64,000 nt of DNA from positions 1,856,001 through 1,920,000 of the forward strand of contig OZ240219.1 of assembly GCA_965197645.1 (NCBI GenBank), in the 5' to 3' direction. The number at the start of each line of letters is the position of its first letter. Position 1 is the stretch's first letter. Both the position numbers and the translations under genes were made by a program. The notes below the pieces were generated by a model, which worked only from the letters and a program-made list of their open reading frames with translations, ran no database searches and was not told the origin of the DNA. Shown here piece after piece: positions 39,574-49,667 of this stretch. This stretch comes from Dehalococcoidia bacterium. GTDB lineage: Bacteria > Chloroflexota > Dehalococcoidia > Plut-88900.

Positions 39574-40728
39574 ATGGAAGTCAAGATCGTCGACGCGGAT
39601 TCCCACGTCCTCGAGCCTTCCGAGCTTTGGGAAGAGAACCTGGAACCTGAGTTCAGGGACCGGGCCATACGGCTCGGTAAAGACGAAGGGGGTCTGGAGT
39701 CCTTTTACATCAACGGCAAGAAATCGCTGATGCTCAGGGACGGGACTCTGGGCACGGTCGCCGCTGTCGGGCAATCGCACAAGGAGATGAGGGAGCGGTT
39801 CCTCAAGGCCGGAGTGATAGGCTACGAGGAAGGCAGGGCGATCGCCTCCGGCTCCAAAGACCCAGACGAGCGCATCCGCGTGATGGACTCGGAAAACACC
39901 GATATTACCTTTCTCTACCCCACCGTCGGTCTGAGCTGGGAGGTGCTGTGCGAAGACCCGGAGCTGTCTGCCGCATGCTGCAGGGTCTACAACGACTGGC
40001 TCGCCGATTTCTGCAACGCCCATCCGGAGCGTCTGAAAGGCATTTCCCACGTCCCGATGATAGATGCCGCCGAGGCTGCGAAGGAGTTGGACAGGGCCGC
40101 CGCAAAAGGACTGAAAGGGGTGTTCTTCACCATCTGGCCCCCTTCGGAAAGGACCTTCGGTGATAAGTATTATGATCCCCTCTGGTCCGTTGCCCTCGAT
40201 GCCAAGATAGGGGTGTCGCTGCACGTGTTCAACAGTTCGAAAACGGTCACGTCACACCAGCGGCCGGACTACTTCGCGGAACCGCTTTTCGAGGACTGGA
40301 CGTCCGGTGTCATGTTCAACGTAGACGTCATCAAGGCCTACACCACCGTGGTGGCCGGAGGGACTATGGACCGGTTCCCGGACCTCAACTTCGTCATGCT
40401 GGAGGTGGGATGCGGCTGGGTGCCCTACTGGCTCGATAGGATGGACAGTGCCTACGAAGCTGCGCCGTGGAATGCGCCGATGAAGCTAAAGCCCAGCGAG
40501 TATTTCTTCCGCCAGTGCTTCGTGACCATGGAGCCGGAGGAGCGGACCGTAGCCGCCACCGCTGGGCTGATAGGCTCCGATAAGATCCTGTGGGCGTCGG
40601 ACTACCCCCACTCGGAAGGGCACGTGGGTACCGTGGCCGAGGTCAAAGAGAAGATAGCGCCGCTATCGGAAGAGGACCAGGCGAACATACTTGGCAACAA
40701 CGCCTTCCGGCTGTACGACATCGGCTGA
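39574..40728 (+). CDS. Amidohydrolase_2 family
   Basis: DADSHVLEP, YPT, YNDW, EVGCGW, WASDYPH. Confidence 0.9.
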   Translation: MEVKIVDADSHVLEPSELWEENLEPEFRDRAIRLGKDEGGLESFYINGKKSLMLRDGTLGTVAAVGQSHKEMRERFLKAGVIGYEEGRAIASGSKDPDERIRVMDSENTDITFLYPTVGLSWEVLCEDPELSAACCRVYNDWLADFCNAHPERLKGISHVPMIDAAEAAKELDRAAAKGLKGVFFTIWPPSERTFGDKYYDPLWSVALDAKIGVSLHVFNSSKTVTSHQRPDYFAEPLFEDWTSGVMFNVDVIKAYTTVVAGGTMDRFPDLNFVMLEVGCGWVPYWLDRMDSAYEAAPWNAPMKLKPSEYFFRQCFVTMEPEERTVAATAGLIGSDKILWASDYPHSEGHVGTVAEVKEKIAPLSEEDQANILGNNAFRLYDIG

Positions 40729-40738
40729 GGCGAGGCCG

Positions 40739-41506
40739 TCATCCGTCGATTATCGCCGTGACTGGATCGCCGATGGACACAACGCCCGGGTTCTCGACCA
40801 CCCCGTATACCCCGAAGTAGGCCTCCTTGTCAGGTCTGTAGCTGAGGATAGCGCGCAATGTGTCCGCGTCCCGCTTTCCCGTATCGGGATCGTGGGTGGT
40901 GATGGCGCATCTGGGGTCTCGATAGGCCACCCGCACGCGGAGATCATTGCCGATCTGGACCATGTTCCAGACCCATTCGTCCTCCTCGTGGGGCCGGCAG
41001 CCTCCGATGAGAAAGTTGGGTCGGAACCGCCTGTTGTCCAGGGTCTTGGTGATGCCGGGCTGGCGGCTGAGCTCTTCTATCGATGCCTGGGTCAGAATCG
41101 AAACGGGAAACTCATCGAAGGCCTGGCCCGGCTTGTCGGTGATCACCAGCTTGACACGGCGGTTGCAGAAGTCGGACAGGGCATCGTTCCAGTTTCCCAA
41201 AACGACGTTCCCCGATACGTCCCGGCCGAATACATCGACCGTTGCCGCTTCGCCCCGTTCCGGCACTCCCCTAAGCGTGGGCGAGTCGGGAATGGACAGC
41301 GCCAACTCCTCAGTCGCAGCATCATATTCCGCCTTGACCTGCACCAGCCTGCCGATCTGCCGTTGGGTGACGAGCTTACCCCGGTTGCTCATAAGCAAGA
41401 AACGCCGGTCTTCCAGGATGCCCTCGGACCCTACGTGCACCCGCTGCGGATGACTGAGCCCGAAGGACTTGACCGGCGAAATGTTGATGGCTTCGACTGT
41501 TGGCAT
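40739..41506 (-). CDS. MOSC domain protein
   Basis: ISPVKS, DRRF, RRFRPNF, EDEW, PRCAITT.DPDTG, FGVY. Confidence 0.9.
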   Translation of the reverse strand: MPTVEAINISPVKSFGLSHPQRVHVGSEGILEDRRFLLMSNRGKLVTQRQIGRLVQVKAEYDAATEELALSIPDSPTLRGVPERGEAATVDVFGRDVSGNVVLGNWNDALSDFCNRRVKLVITDKPGQAFDEFPVSILTQASIEELSRQPGITKTLDNRRFRPNFLIGGCRPHEEDEWVWNMVQIGNDLRVRVAYRDPRCAITTHDPDTGKRDADTLRAILSYRPDKEAYFGVYGVVENPGVVSIGDPVTAIIDG

Positions 41507-41659
41507 GGGACCGTCCTGTCTAGGGATTAGCCCACATACGGTAGGCCAACAGACGGGACTATGTCAATCTAGCTTGCGGCTCTAGATTCAAGCTGGTACC
41601 ATTTCATCGTTCTTCCAGAAATCCCAGGCGTCCTTCCACAAACGCTAGGAGGTGGCCCA

Positions 41660-42829
41660 GTGAGATTTGCATTCACTTCGGAGCAGGAAGCATTCAGAGA
41701 AGAGGTCAAGGAGTTCATTCGCACCGAGCTGCCCGATGGCTACGAGGATGCGGTGGGCGGCACGGATGAGTGGTGGGAGAACGAGACCACCACCCGAAAG
41801 AAGCTGGCCGACAAGGGTTGGCTGACCATGGCCTGGCCCCAGGAATATGGGGGCTTGGACGCGCCCATCATGCAGCAGGTGGTCTTCAACGACGAGTGGG
41901 CCTACGCCCACGCTCCCGGCTGGGACGGCGAGGGCATAGGGTACATTGGGCCTGCCATAATGGTCCATGGCACCGAAGACCAGAAGAAGACGCACATCGG
42001 CGGAATCGCTCGGGGTGAGGTGGTCTGGTGCCAGGGGTACTCGGAACCGGAAGCGGGCTCGGACCTGGCTTCGCTGCAGACCCGAGCCGTGGACAAGGGC
42101 GACCACTACGTGATCAACGGGCAGAAGATATGGACCAGCCAGGCCCACTACGCCGACTGGATCCTACTCCTTGCCCGGACCGATCCTGATGCTCCCAAGC
42201 ATCGGGGGATCTCCATGTTCCTCGCCGACATGAAAGACCCGGGCGTAGAAGTGCGCCCCATCATCAACATGACGGGCTCCCATGAGTTCAACGAGACCTT
42301 CTTCAACGATCTGAAAGTCCCCAAGGAGAACGTTGTCGGAGAGGTCAACCGGGGCTGGTACGCCGGTATGACGTTGCTGGACTTCGAACGGTCCGGTGTC
42401 GAATACGCCGCCCACAGCCGTAGAGTACTGGACGACACGATTCAATACGCCCGGGAGACCAAGTCCAACGGCGAGGCCCTGATCGAGCTACCCGGCGTGC
42501 GAAACAAGCTTTCCGAAATGGCCGTGGAAGTGGAAGTCTCCTACATGCTTTCGTACCAGATAGCGTACCTGCAGGGAAAGGGAGACGTGCCCAACAAAGA
42601 GGCTTCGATGGGCAAGCTGTTCGGCAGCGAGGTCCAGCAGCGGGCATCCAAGATATCCATGGATATCCTCGGTCTGTACGGTCAGCTGCGCGGCGATTCG
42701 GCGCCTCTCAAAGGGGCTGCGCCCGATCGGTACATGGGCACCGTGTCCTCCACGATAGCGGCGGGTACGTCGGAGATACAGCGGGGAATCATCGCTGGCC
42801 GGGGGCTTGGGCTGCCGCGAGGCACTTAG
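41660..42829 (+). CDS. Acyl-CoA dehydrogenase family protein
   Basis: WCQGYSEPEAGSDLASL, NGQKIWTS, FNETFF, AGTSEIQR. Confidence 0.93.
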   Translation: MRFAFTSEQEAFREEVKEFIRTELPDGYEDAVGGTDEWWENETTTRKKLADKGWLTMAWPQEYGGLDAPIMQQVVFNDEWAYAHAPGWDGEGIGYIGPAIMVHGTEDQKKTHIGGIARGEVVWCQGYSEPEAGSDLASLQTRAVDKGDHYVINGQKIWTSQAHYADWILLLARTDPDAPKHRGISMFLADMKDPGVEVRPIINMTGSHEFNETFFNDLKVPKENVVGEVNRGWYAGMTLLDFERSGVEYAAHSRRVLDDTIQYARETKSNGEALIELPGVRNKLSEMAVEVEVSYMLSYQIAYLQGKGDVPNKEASMGKLFGSEVQQRASKISMDILGLYGQLRGDSAPLKGAAPDRYMGTVSSTIAAGTSEIQRGIIAGRGLGLPRGT

Positions 42830-42849
42830 GTTCAACATAAGGAGTTGAA

Positions 42850-42885
42850 AAAGGGGGGCGTGCGGCCGGCCGCACGCCCCCCTTT
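42850..42885. terminator. Bidirectional terminator (perfect 36-bp palindrome)
   Basis: AAAGGGGGGCGTGCGGCCGGCCGCACGCCCCCCTTT between convergent genes. Confidence 0.8.
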
Positions 42886-42898
42886 ACGTTTGTCCAGG

Positions 42899-44173
42899 TC
42901 AGCTGGCCGCCTTGCCTATCGCACGGTGACCCAAGCCCACCCTGTTCCATCGCCCCGGCAGCATCAGAGCGCACACCGTAAGGCTTAGAGCGGAGAGACA
43001 GGTGACTGTGAGCGCCAAACGCAGGTCGTCGGTGGCGCTCTGTATCGATCCTGACAGGACCGGCCCTATCACGCCGCCCGCTGTCATCGTCGTCCTGAGA
43101 AAGGCCAGCGCCACCGCCGTTTCTCTGGGTCTTATGCCGGATAGCTCGAAGGGGATGCTTAGGACTATCGGGAAGAATGCGAAGGACAGGCCTTGACCGA
43201 TGGACATGAGGATGAGCAGGCTGAAATTACCGGTGTACACCAGTCCCAACGCCGTTCCCGCTACCGCCAGCCCGGAAACCGCCAATATCAGCTTCCTTTG
43301 TCCTATCCTTGCGACCAAAAATCCCAGTGCAACGGCACATGGAGCGGAGACGGCTGTGCTTAAGGCAAACAGGGCTGCAGAAGCGGTCAACGAGATGTCG
43401 TAGGTGTCCAACATGTAGCTGGGCCAGAAGGTGCTGAACGCCGAGAATCTCATCTCGATTCCCACTACCCCCAACCCCACCAGCCACAGCTCCTTGTATT
43501 TGAGTATGCTGCTTATGGGGCTGCTGCCCTGTTGGGAATCGAGCTCGCTGGTGTACTCCTCGGTAACGCGCTCGCGGCCGATTGCCACCCAGAGGAGAGT
43601 CAACACAAAACAGATGACGGCGAGCAGGTAAAAGGTAGCCCTCCAGCTATCATCCAACAGTCCCAGTATCAACGGCATGAGGATGAAAAGCCCCGCTCCG
43701 ATGCCAAACAGGATATGTAACGAGGCATTGGCCAGCATTATCTCTTTCGGCTTCATCCACTGCTTGATCAACAACGCCCTGGCAGGTTCCCGGCTCACCA
43801 CCGTCAGGCCGTAGATAAGCCGAGCCAGCAACAGCAATCCGAAGAAGGGAGCAGCTGCCTGAAACAGCATTATCAGGGTACCGGCCAGCAGGGTTACCGT
43901 GGTCAAGGGTTTGGGTCGGAACCGGGAAAACAGCCACCCGGAAGGGATCGCTATCAGCAGAATCCCAACTTTGGGAGCGGAACCCAACCAGCCTTCCTGG
44001 ATTGGTGACAAACCCATGTCCTCTCTCATGCTGGGAAGAAAGATTCCCAGGGTCTCGATGAGTATGATGCCCCACATGTGAGCGCCCATCCAGGTAATGA
44101 TCACCACCCACCGGTAGGCCGAGGCTGGAGTCGCCGAGTCCATAGTCGCAGTCTGGCGCATAGCAGGCATCAT
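42899..44173 (-). CDS. MFS transporter
   Basis: ~12 hydrophobic helices, G...SRFRPK and ARIGQRK loop motifs. Confidence 0.85.
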   Translation of the reverse strand: MMPAMRQTATMDSATPASAYRWVVIITWMGAHMWGIILIETLGIFLPSMREDMGLSPIQEGWLGSAPKVGILLIAIPSGWLFSRFRPKPLTTVTLLAGTLIMLFQAAAPFFGLLLLARLIYGLTVVSREPARALLIKQWMKPKEIMLANASLHILFGIGAGLFILMPLILGLLDDSWRATFYLLAVICFVLTLLWVAIGRERVTEEYTSELDSQQGSSPISSILKYKELWLVGLGVVGIEMRFSAFSTFWPSYMLDTYDISLTASAALFALSTAVSAPCAVALGFLVARIGQRKLILAVSGLAVAGTALGLVYTGNFSLLILMSIGQGLSFAFFPIVLSIPFELSGIRPRETAVALAFLRTTMTAGGVIGPVLSGSIQSATDDLRLALTVTCLSALSLTVCALMLPGRWNRVGLGHRAIGKAAS

Positions 44174-44283
44174 ACTACCCGGCTGGGGGGATTGTTAATG
44201 TAAATGGGTCTCGGCGCCCAGGGTAACGGCGTGGGCGTAATAGACAGACAATGATGCCTGGGATATGATGTTTAGAGGCCTTA

Positions 44284-44375
<92 letters not shown>

Positions 44376-44531
44376 ACTACCCTTCCGACCCCGTCTTCTG
44401 TTGTCCCGTACTGCCCCTAGTTCATAGCTAAACAGCGTCGATCTATGCTCATTCAAGCCTTATGATTCCCCTGCTATCCAGCGTCAAATGTGGTAAAATA
44501 TGTGGGAAGACTTTTTGCAGAGGACGACCTT

Positions 44532-45776
44532 ATGGAGCTATCGGCGACGCGGATCAAGGCACTAAGGAAACCAGGGAGATACTCCGACGGCGGAGGTCTG
44601 CACCTATACATCAGCAAGGCGGGACGCAAATCTTGGGTCCTGCGAATCACCATAGACGGACACCGACGCGATATCGGACTGGGAGGATTTCCGGCCGTAG
44701 GCTTGGCCAGGGCTCGCGAGAAGGCGTCGCAGGACAGGGCTGCAGTAGCCAACGGTCGGGATCCTCTGGCCGAGAAGCACGCGCCTCCGATGCCGACCTT
44801 CAGGGAGGCCGCCCACGCTGTCCACGAGGCCAACAAGCCACGCTGGAAAAACCCCAGGCATGCAGCCAACTGGATGCAGACGTTGGAGCGTCATGCCATG
44901 CCGGCACTGGGCAACACGCCGTTGGACCATATAGACCGGGGCGAGGTGCTCGGAGTCCTCAAACGGATATGGACGTCCAGGCCGGAGACGGCCCGAAGGG
45001 TGCGTCAACGGATGAGGACCGTCTTTAGGTGGGCCATGGCTCACGGTTTCATCGAAACCAACCCGGCAGGGGAAGCCATCGACGGAGCCCTGACGCCCAT
45101 GCCCAAGGTGAAGGCACACTTTAGAGCGCTGCCATACCAGGAAGTCGGGGCTGCTTTTGAAACCGTTGAAGCATCCCCGGCCTCAATGTCGGCCAAATTG
45201 TGCTTCCGGTTCCTGGTCCTCACGGCGGCCCGCTCAGGAGAGGCCAGGGCCGCCGCCTGGGACGAGATCGACTTCGATGACCAGGTATGGCGGATACCAC
45301 CGTCGCGGATGAAAGCCGGTTTGGAGCACCGGGTGCCCCTCAGCAGGAAGGCCCTCGAGGTGCTTGACCAGGCTTCTGTCTTGCGTGACGAGACCGGCCT
45401 GATATTCCCATCTCCGCGGAAGTGGAAGACCCCCATGTCCGATATGACGCTGACGAAGGTCCTCCGCACCGTCGGCCTAGCGGAACGTGCCACGGTCCAC
45501 GGGTTCCGCAGCAGCTTCAAGAACTGGACCCTGGAACAGACGGATACATCCTGGGCCGTCTCGGAGGCGGCACTGGCTCATACCCTGGGCAATTCGACTG
45601 AACAGGCCTATGCGAGGTCCGATCTGTTCGAGCAGCGTCGTGAGCTTATGCAACTCTGGGCGGACTACCTGACGAAAGGCCGGGATGGTGCAGCAGCTAC
45701 CCCGACGATGCCTAGGCCGCTTTCGTCGCGTCAAACTCGCCCGTCGCAACTGGCCGGGACTCCAGCCAGGCTGTGA
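44532..45776 (+). CDS. P4-like tyrosine integrase with arm-binding domain
   Basis: YSDGGGL.L, GLGGFPAV.LA.AR, TAARSGE, MKAG.EHRVPL, HGFRSSF, LAH, AY.RSD. Confidence 0.95.
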   Translation: MELSATRIKALRKPGRYSDGGGLHLYISKAGRKSWVLRITIDGHRRDIGLGGFPAVGLARAREKASQDRAAVANGRDPLAEKHAPPMPTFREAAHAVHEANKPRWKNPRHAANWMQTLERHAMPALGNTPLDHIDRGEVLGVLKRIWTSRPETARRVRQRMRTVFRWAMAHGFIETNPAGEAIDGALTPMPKVKAHFRALPYQEVGAAFETVEASPASMSAKLCFRFLVLTAARSGEARAAAWDEIDFDDQVWRIPPSRMKAGLEHRVPLSRKALEVLDQASVLRDETGLIFPSPRKWKTPMSDMTLTKVLRTVGLAERATVHGFRSSFKNWTLEQTDTSWAVSEAALAHTLGNSTEQAYARSDLFEQRRELMQLWADYLTKGRDGAAATPTMPRPLSSRQTRPSQLAGTPARL

Positions 45777-45918
45777 TGTCACTAGTCCTCCACCGGACGG
45801 CTGTGGGACCGACCCTGACGGGCCTTGGAAACTGACCGACCTGCATCAAACGATAGATCGAGGAGCGGGTCAGTCCCGTGACCTCCTCTACCTGTCTGCG
45901 CCTGAGTAATCTATCCAT
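45712..45918 (-). CDS. AlpA-family excisionase/regulator
   Basis: LLRRRQVEEVTGLTRSSIYRLM..G.FPRPV.VG..AVRW. Confidence 0.9.
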   Translation of the reverse strand: MDRLLRRRQVEEVTGLTRSSIYRLMQVGQFPRPVRVGPTAVRWRTSDITAWLESRPVATGEFDATKAA

Positions 45919-46380
45919 TGTTCTCGATACCTCGCTTAAGTTCTTGGAATGTAGTGGCAGAGCCGACTGGCCCGGTTGGTGCAGGCAACGCATGGAAGAC
46001 CAGCCTGGTGGTAGTCGGGGTGCAATGTGTCATCGACGCCAGTGAAAGGGTTTGAGCTGTTCTCCGCCACGTGCATGTTATCCGGGGGTCTGTTGCTAAT
46101 CATCGGGTTTGCTCGGTTGTCGTAGTCGTTCGGGTCACTGACCTCTCCTCGATTGCCTGTACTGGGCCGCAAACGCGAAAGCTCCCCTGCCCAGAACGGA
46201 CGGACGCTCTCCTGTCAGTGTGCGATGTGCAAAGGCCGGTCGGTATCCCCTGCAAGGGACTTCATCGATGAAATCCCCTCTGGGGTTGCAACGGACCAGG
46301 GGCGGTGAAGTCCTGCTCGGAAGGCGTCTCAGGTGTTAATGTCCACGCTACGCGATAGGAAGAGCAGACTGCACGAAACA

Positions 46381-46647
46381 TTAACGACGTCGACGGATCC
46401 TGGCCGTAGGCAGTAAGTGGCTGAGGTCCATGCTTTCTGCGAGGTCCTGGAGGGCCAGGAGGTGACGAGCATTGGGCTGGACTCCCCGGCTCCGCCAACG
46501 CCACAGATTGAGCCCGCTGGTGCCGAGAAGACGGGCTATCTCGGCCCACGGCAGGCCAGAGGCTTCCTTGAACCGCTGAAGGCTCTGGGAGAAGTCTCCG
46601 GTCAATGCATAGGCGGCTCTCTTACGACGGATGCGTTTACGAGGCAT
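46381..46647 (-). CDS. XRE-type HTH protein
   Basis: SGLPWAEIARLLGTS..NLWRWR..GVQP. Confidence 0.75.
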   Translation of the reverse strand: MPRKRIRRKRAAYALTGDFSQSLQRFKEASGLPWAEIARLLGTSGLNLWRWRSRGVQPNARHLLALQDLAESMDLSHLLPTARIRRRR

Positions 46648-46972
46648 AGGGGCACTCTTTCAAGATCGGGTCCAGGAAGTCCTCACCCATCAGGATGTCC
46701 AGGCCTCCCGGGACCCACGACGCAAGACCCACGAGGCAGTGGTAGGCTCCTCCAGACGGTTCTGTACCGTTCCGCCATCTGAGCACCTGCTTGAGCTCGA
46801 CGCCCAGCACCTCTGAGAACTCCTGCCAGGTGAGGCCGCTGGCCTGCTTAAGCCGGATGAGGCGCTTCACGAAGTCCTCCGGCAACTCCCCACTGCCGGC
46901 CGGCAAAGGACGCCCATCGATAAATGGGTCCCCGTGATGGATAGGCAGCCGGGGAGAGCTATGAGTGGTCAT
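46637..46972 (-). CDS. XRE-type HTH protein
   Basis: DFVKRL.RLKQASGLTWQEFSEVLGV...V.RWRNGTEPSG. Confidence 0.75.
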   Translation of the reverse strand: MTTHSSPRLPIHHGDPFIDGRPLPAGSGELPEDFVKRLIRLKQASGLTWQEFSEVLGVELKQVLRWRNGTEPSGGAYHCLVGLASWVPGGLDILMGEDFLDPILKECPYAS

Positions 46973-47225
46973 TCGGGTGTTGCAATGCGAACAGTTCATC
47001 GAACTCCTTCACTCCCAGGACCTCCTGCATCCGCCGCCGGATGCGGCCCGATGGGGCGCGTCCCCTGTTGATTAGCGTGGACAGGTAGCCGGGGCTGATC
47101 CCGACTTCACGGGCAAACCAGTTCTGGGAGCGGCCCAGCAGGTCTAGCCGCTTCCAGAGGGCTCTTGGCTTGAGTAAGACTGCGGTACGTGGTTGTTGTT
47201 TCATGGCGCGTTGCAAGACTTTCAC
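46959..47225 (-). CDS. Cro-like HTH protein
   Basis: SQNWFAREVGISPGYLSTLIN.GRAPS. Confidence 0.8.
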   Translation of the reverse strand: MKVLQRAMKQQPRTAVLLKPRALWKRLDLLGRSQNWFAREVGISPGYLSTLINRGRAPSGRIRRRMQEVLGVKEFDELFALQHPNDHS

Positions 47226-47248
47226 CCCCTAAGTCCCGATTATGTTAC

Positions 47249-47296
47249 ATTGTAAGTACTGAGCAAATTGCTTGTCAAGAACGCCTGTGCTACTAT
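47249..47296. promoter_or_regulatory. Overlapping divergent promoters (phage-like switch)
   Basis: Minus: TTGACA-18-TACAAT; plus: TTGCTT-17-(TG)TACTAT. Confidence 0.6.
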
Positions 47297-47346
47297 GAGC
47301 ATAGATATCTCCGTTATGGGGCCATTGACCAGGAGACAATCAAACT

Positions 47347-47703
47347 ATGACCGATGACCGGGGTTACCACTGGAACAGCATCGGAACCCGCATCAAGGAG
47401 GCCAGGATGAAGGTGGGCCTCACCCAGAAGCAGGTGAGCGATCTGGTTGGGGTCAGTCCCCACGCCGTCTGGTCCTGGGAAGCGGGAAAGATGAAGCCCA
47501 CCCCGGAGCATCTGCTGGAGTTGGCCTACCGCTGCGGGACGAGCACCGACTGGCTGTTGGGTAGGGACGTGGTCGAGGGGGAGATCCTGCAGGAGGCGGA
47601 CGTATCCTTCCGAAAAGCCATAGAGGGGCTTCCCATGGAGGACCTGGAGTCGATCATGAACTTCATAAGGTTCGTCCGGGAGCAACGTCGTAGGAGGAAG
47701 TAG
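47347..47703 (+). CDS. CI/ImmR-like XRE repressor
   Basis: IGTRIKEAR...GLTQKQVS..VGVS..AV.SWE.G...P, STDWLLG. Confidence 0.9.
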   Translation: MTDDRGYHWNSIGTRIKEARMKVGLTQKQVSDLVGVSPHAVWSWEAGKMKPTPEHLLELAYRCGTSTDWLLGRDVVEGEILQEADVSFRKAIEGLPMEDLESIMNFIRFVREQRRRRK

Positions 47704-47711
47704 GCCGAGGG

Positions 47712-48140
47712 ATGAACCGGGCGCAGAGTAGGGGAGTGGAGCTCCGGCGAAAGCTGGAGCTGCGGGGCAGAGTGGACGCCGAGGCGGTGGCCAATCAATT
47801 CGGGTTGGTCGTACAGCCCTGGCCTCTAAAGGTCCAGGAGGAGCTGCTGATGGACGGCTTCATCTGCGTAGCCGAACGGCTATGTCCTCGCTGGAGACGC
47901 TGGGTCACGGCTCACGCGATGGGTCATAGGCTTCTGCATTCGGGCAACCACCTGTGGATACGGGATCACACCAGCTTCAGCAGCCGGTTCGAGCGGGAGG
48001 CTGAGGATTTTGCCCGCACGCTTCTAATGGATGGACAGGAGGCTATGGAGGCGGGTCTCACCGAGGTATGGGAGGTGGCCGAGCATTTTGGGGTGCCGGA
48101 GGAGACGGTCCTGCTTCAAGCGCCTTTCCTAATGGAGTAG
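47712..48140 (+). CDS. ImmA/IrrE-family metallopeptidase (HEXXH degenerate: HAMGH)
   Basis: RRWVTAHAMGH, EREAEDFA..LLM, VAEHFGVP. Confidence 0.8.
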   Translation: MNRAQSRGVELRRKLELRGRVDAEAVANQFGLVVQPWPLKVQEELLMDGFICVAERLCPRWRRWVTAHAMGHRLLHSGNHLWIRDHTSFSSRFEREAEDFARTLLMDGQEAMEAGLTEVWEVAEHFGVPEETVLLQAPFLME

Positions 48141-48302
48141 ACGTTTTGCGCCGAGCCGTCAAGAGCGTTGCGTTGGTCAGTCGAGCGGGCAGCATCTCGC
48201 ATTGTTGTTCGGCACATGACAACAAGGCTGTGTGGTAAGAACCCTGGTACGCAACGCCAGCTCTGCAATGAGCAGGTTACTTTGTCGGTAGTCTTGGCGG
48301 CA

Positions 48303-49486
48303 CTACTCAGAAGAAGTTCGAATCTCCTTAGGTGGGCCGACGTGTACGGTAGACAGAACTGAGGGTTCAAGGGCTACCTTTTCGCTGGCCCGCCCGGCTA
48401 AAAAATTGTCGTCTGGCATGGGCACCGTGTAGCGAATCAGGGCGTCGCCGGGGATGACCATGATCTCCTTAACGAAGGACTCGATGAAGGCCCGGCGCTC
48501 GGTCAATTCGCTCTCTTCCAGGAAGTCCTTCATGTCCTTGGCGTAGGCCGAGATGGTGTTGACGTCGTCGAGGTATGCCCTGCGCTGGGACAGCACCGCC
48601 CTGGCGTCCGCAGCCGCATCCTCAAGACGCTTCTTGCGCTCCCGGTGCTCTTTGATCCTGTCCGCTGCGTCGGAGATGTCGAGGTCGGAGGTCTCGATGG
48701 CGTTCCAGATGACGCCCAGCCGCCGCTTCACATCCTCAAGCTCATCGTCGATGGTCTTGAGCCGCTTGCGCTGGTCGCTGGCGATGCCGTCCATTTCCTC
48801 GTCCACGGCCTTCACCAGCTCGGTGATGCTCCCCTCGGTGAGGATGTTGGAGCGAATCTTGTCGACGATCATCTGCTCGAAGCGGCGGGCATTGAGCCTC
48901 GGGGTAACGCAGGCGCCCTTGCCCCGCTTCATGATCGACTGGCAGACGTAGTAGGCGAACTGGCCGCTCTTGGCGTCCTGACCACTGAGCGCCCTGTTGC
49001 ACTTCTTGCACTTGACCAGTCCGCTGAGGAGGTAGGTGCTTCCGACCCTCCGGGGGTGGGACCTCTTGGGCGCCCGGGCGCGCATCAGCTTGGCGACGCG
49101 GCCGAACTGAGCCTTGGTAACGATGGCGGGGAACGCCTTCTCCACCCGCACCGGCTCGGCGTTGTCCTTTGCGTTGACTCCCCAGACCAGCGTCCCCGTG
49201 TAAGCCTCGTTGATGAGGATGGCATGGACGCTGGTCTTGCCCTTGGGGCTCAGGATGCCCTCATCGTTGAGGGTGCTGGTAATCTGAACCATCCCGTTGC
49301 CAGCCTCGGCCATGTCGAAGATGCGCTTGACGATGCGGGACGCATCCGTATCGGGTTCCAGGGTGGGGCGCTTCTTGGGTCCGTCCTGCACCATGACCCG
49401 GTTGTAGCCGAAGGGGGCGTAGCTGGAGACCCAGAACCCGCGCGAGGCCGCCTCACGCATCCCTCGCGTGACCTCCTGGGCCAGGA
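48303..49486 (-). pseudogene. Large serine recombinase lacking N-terminal catalytic domain
   Basis: Begins at LAQEVTRGM; PFGY, Y.G, PAIV, YLLSGLVKC..C, YY.C zinc ribbon, coiled coil; upstream is unrelated lower-GC DNA. Confidence 0.85.
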
Positions 49487-49667
49487 TATCAGTTATCCAA
49501 TCGACACAAAAAGCTTAGGTATACGTGGGGGGTGGTGCTTGAAGCCAGTTGACTACGACCACGAAGTCGCGTGGAACGGCTACGCGATAGGGACATATAG
49601 TAAACAACCGTCGGAGCACTGCTATCTGGTTGAATAATGCCCGTTGAGAGCGGGCAGCATTCCGTCT

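Noticed and set aside
42850-42885. Perfect 36-bp palindrome as a telomere-resolution or recombination site
   Set aside because: It lies between convergent stop codons with A/T tails on both sides; a bidirectional terminator explains it.
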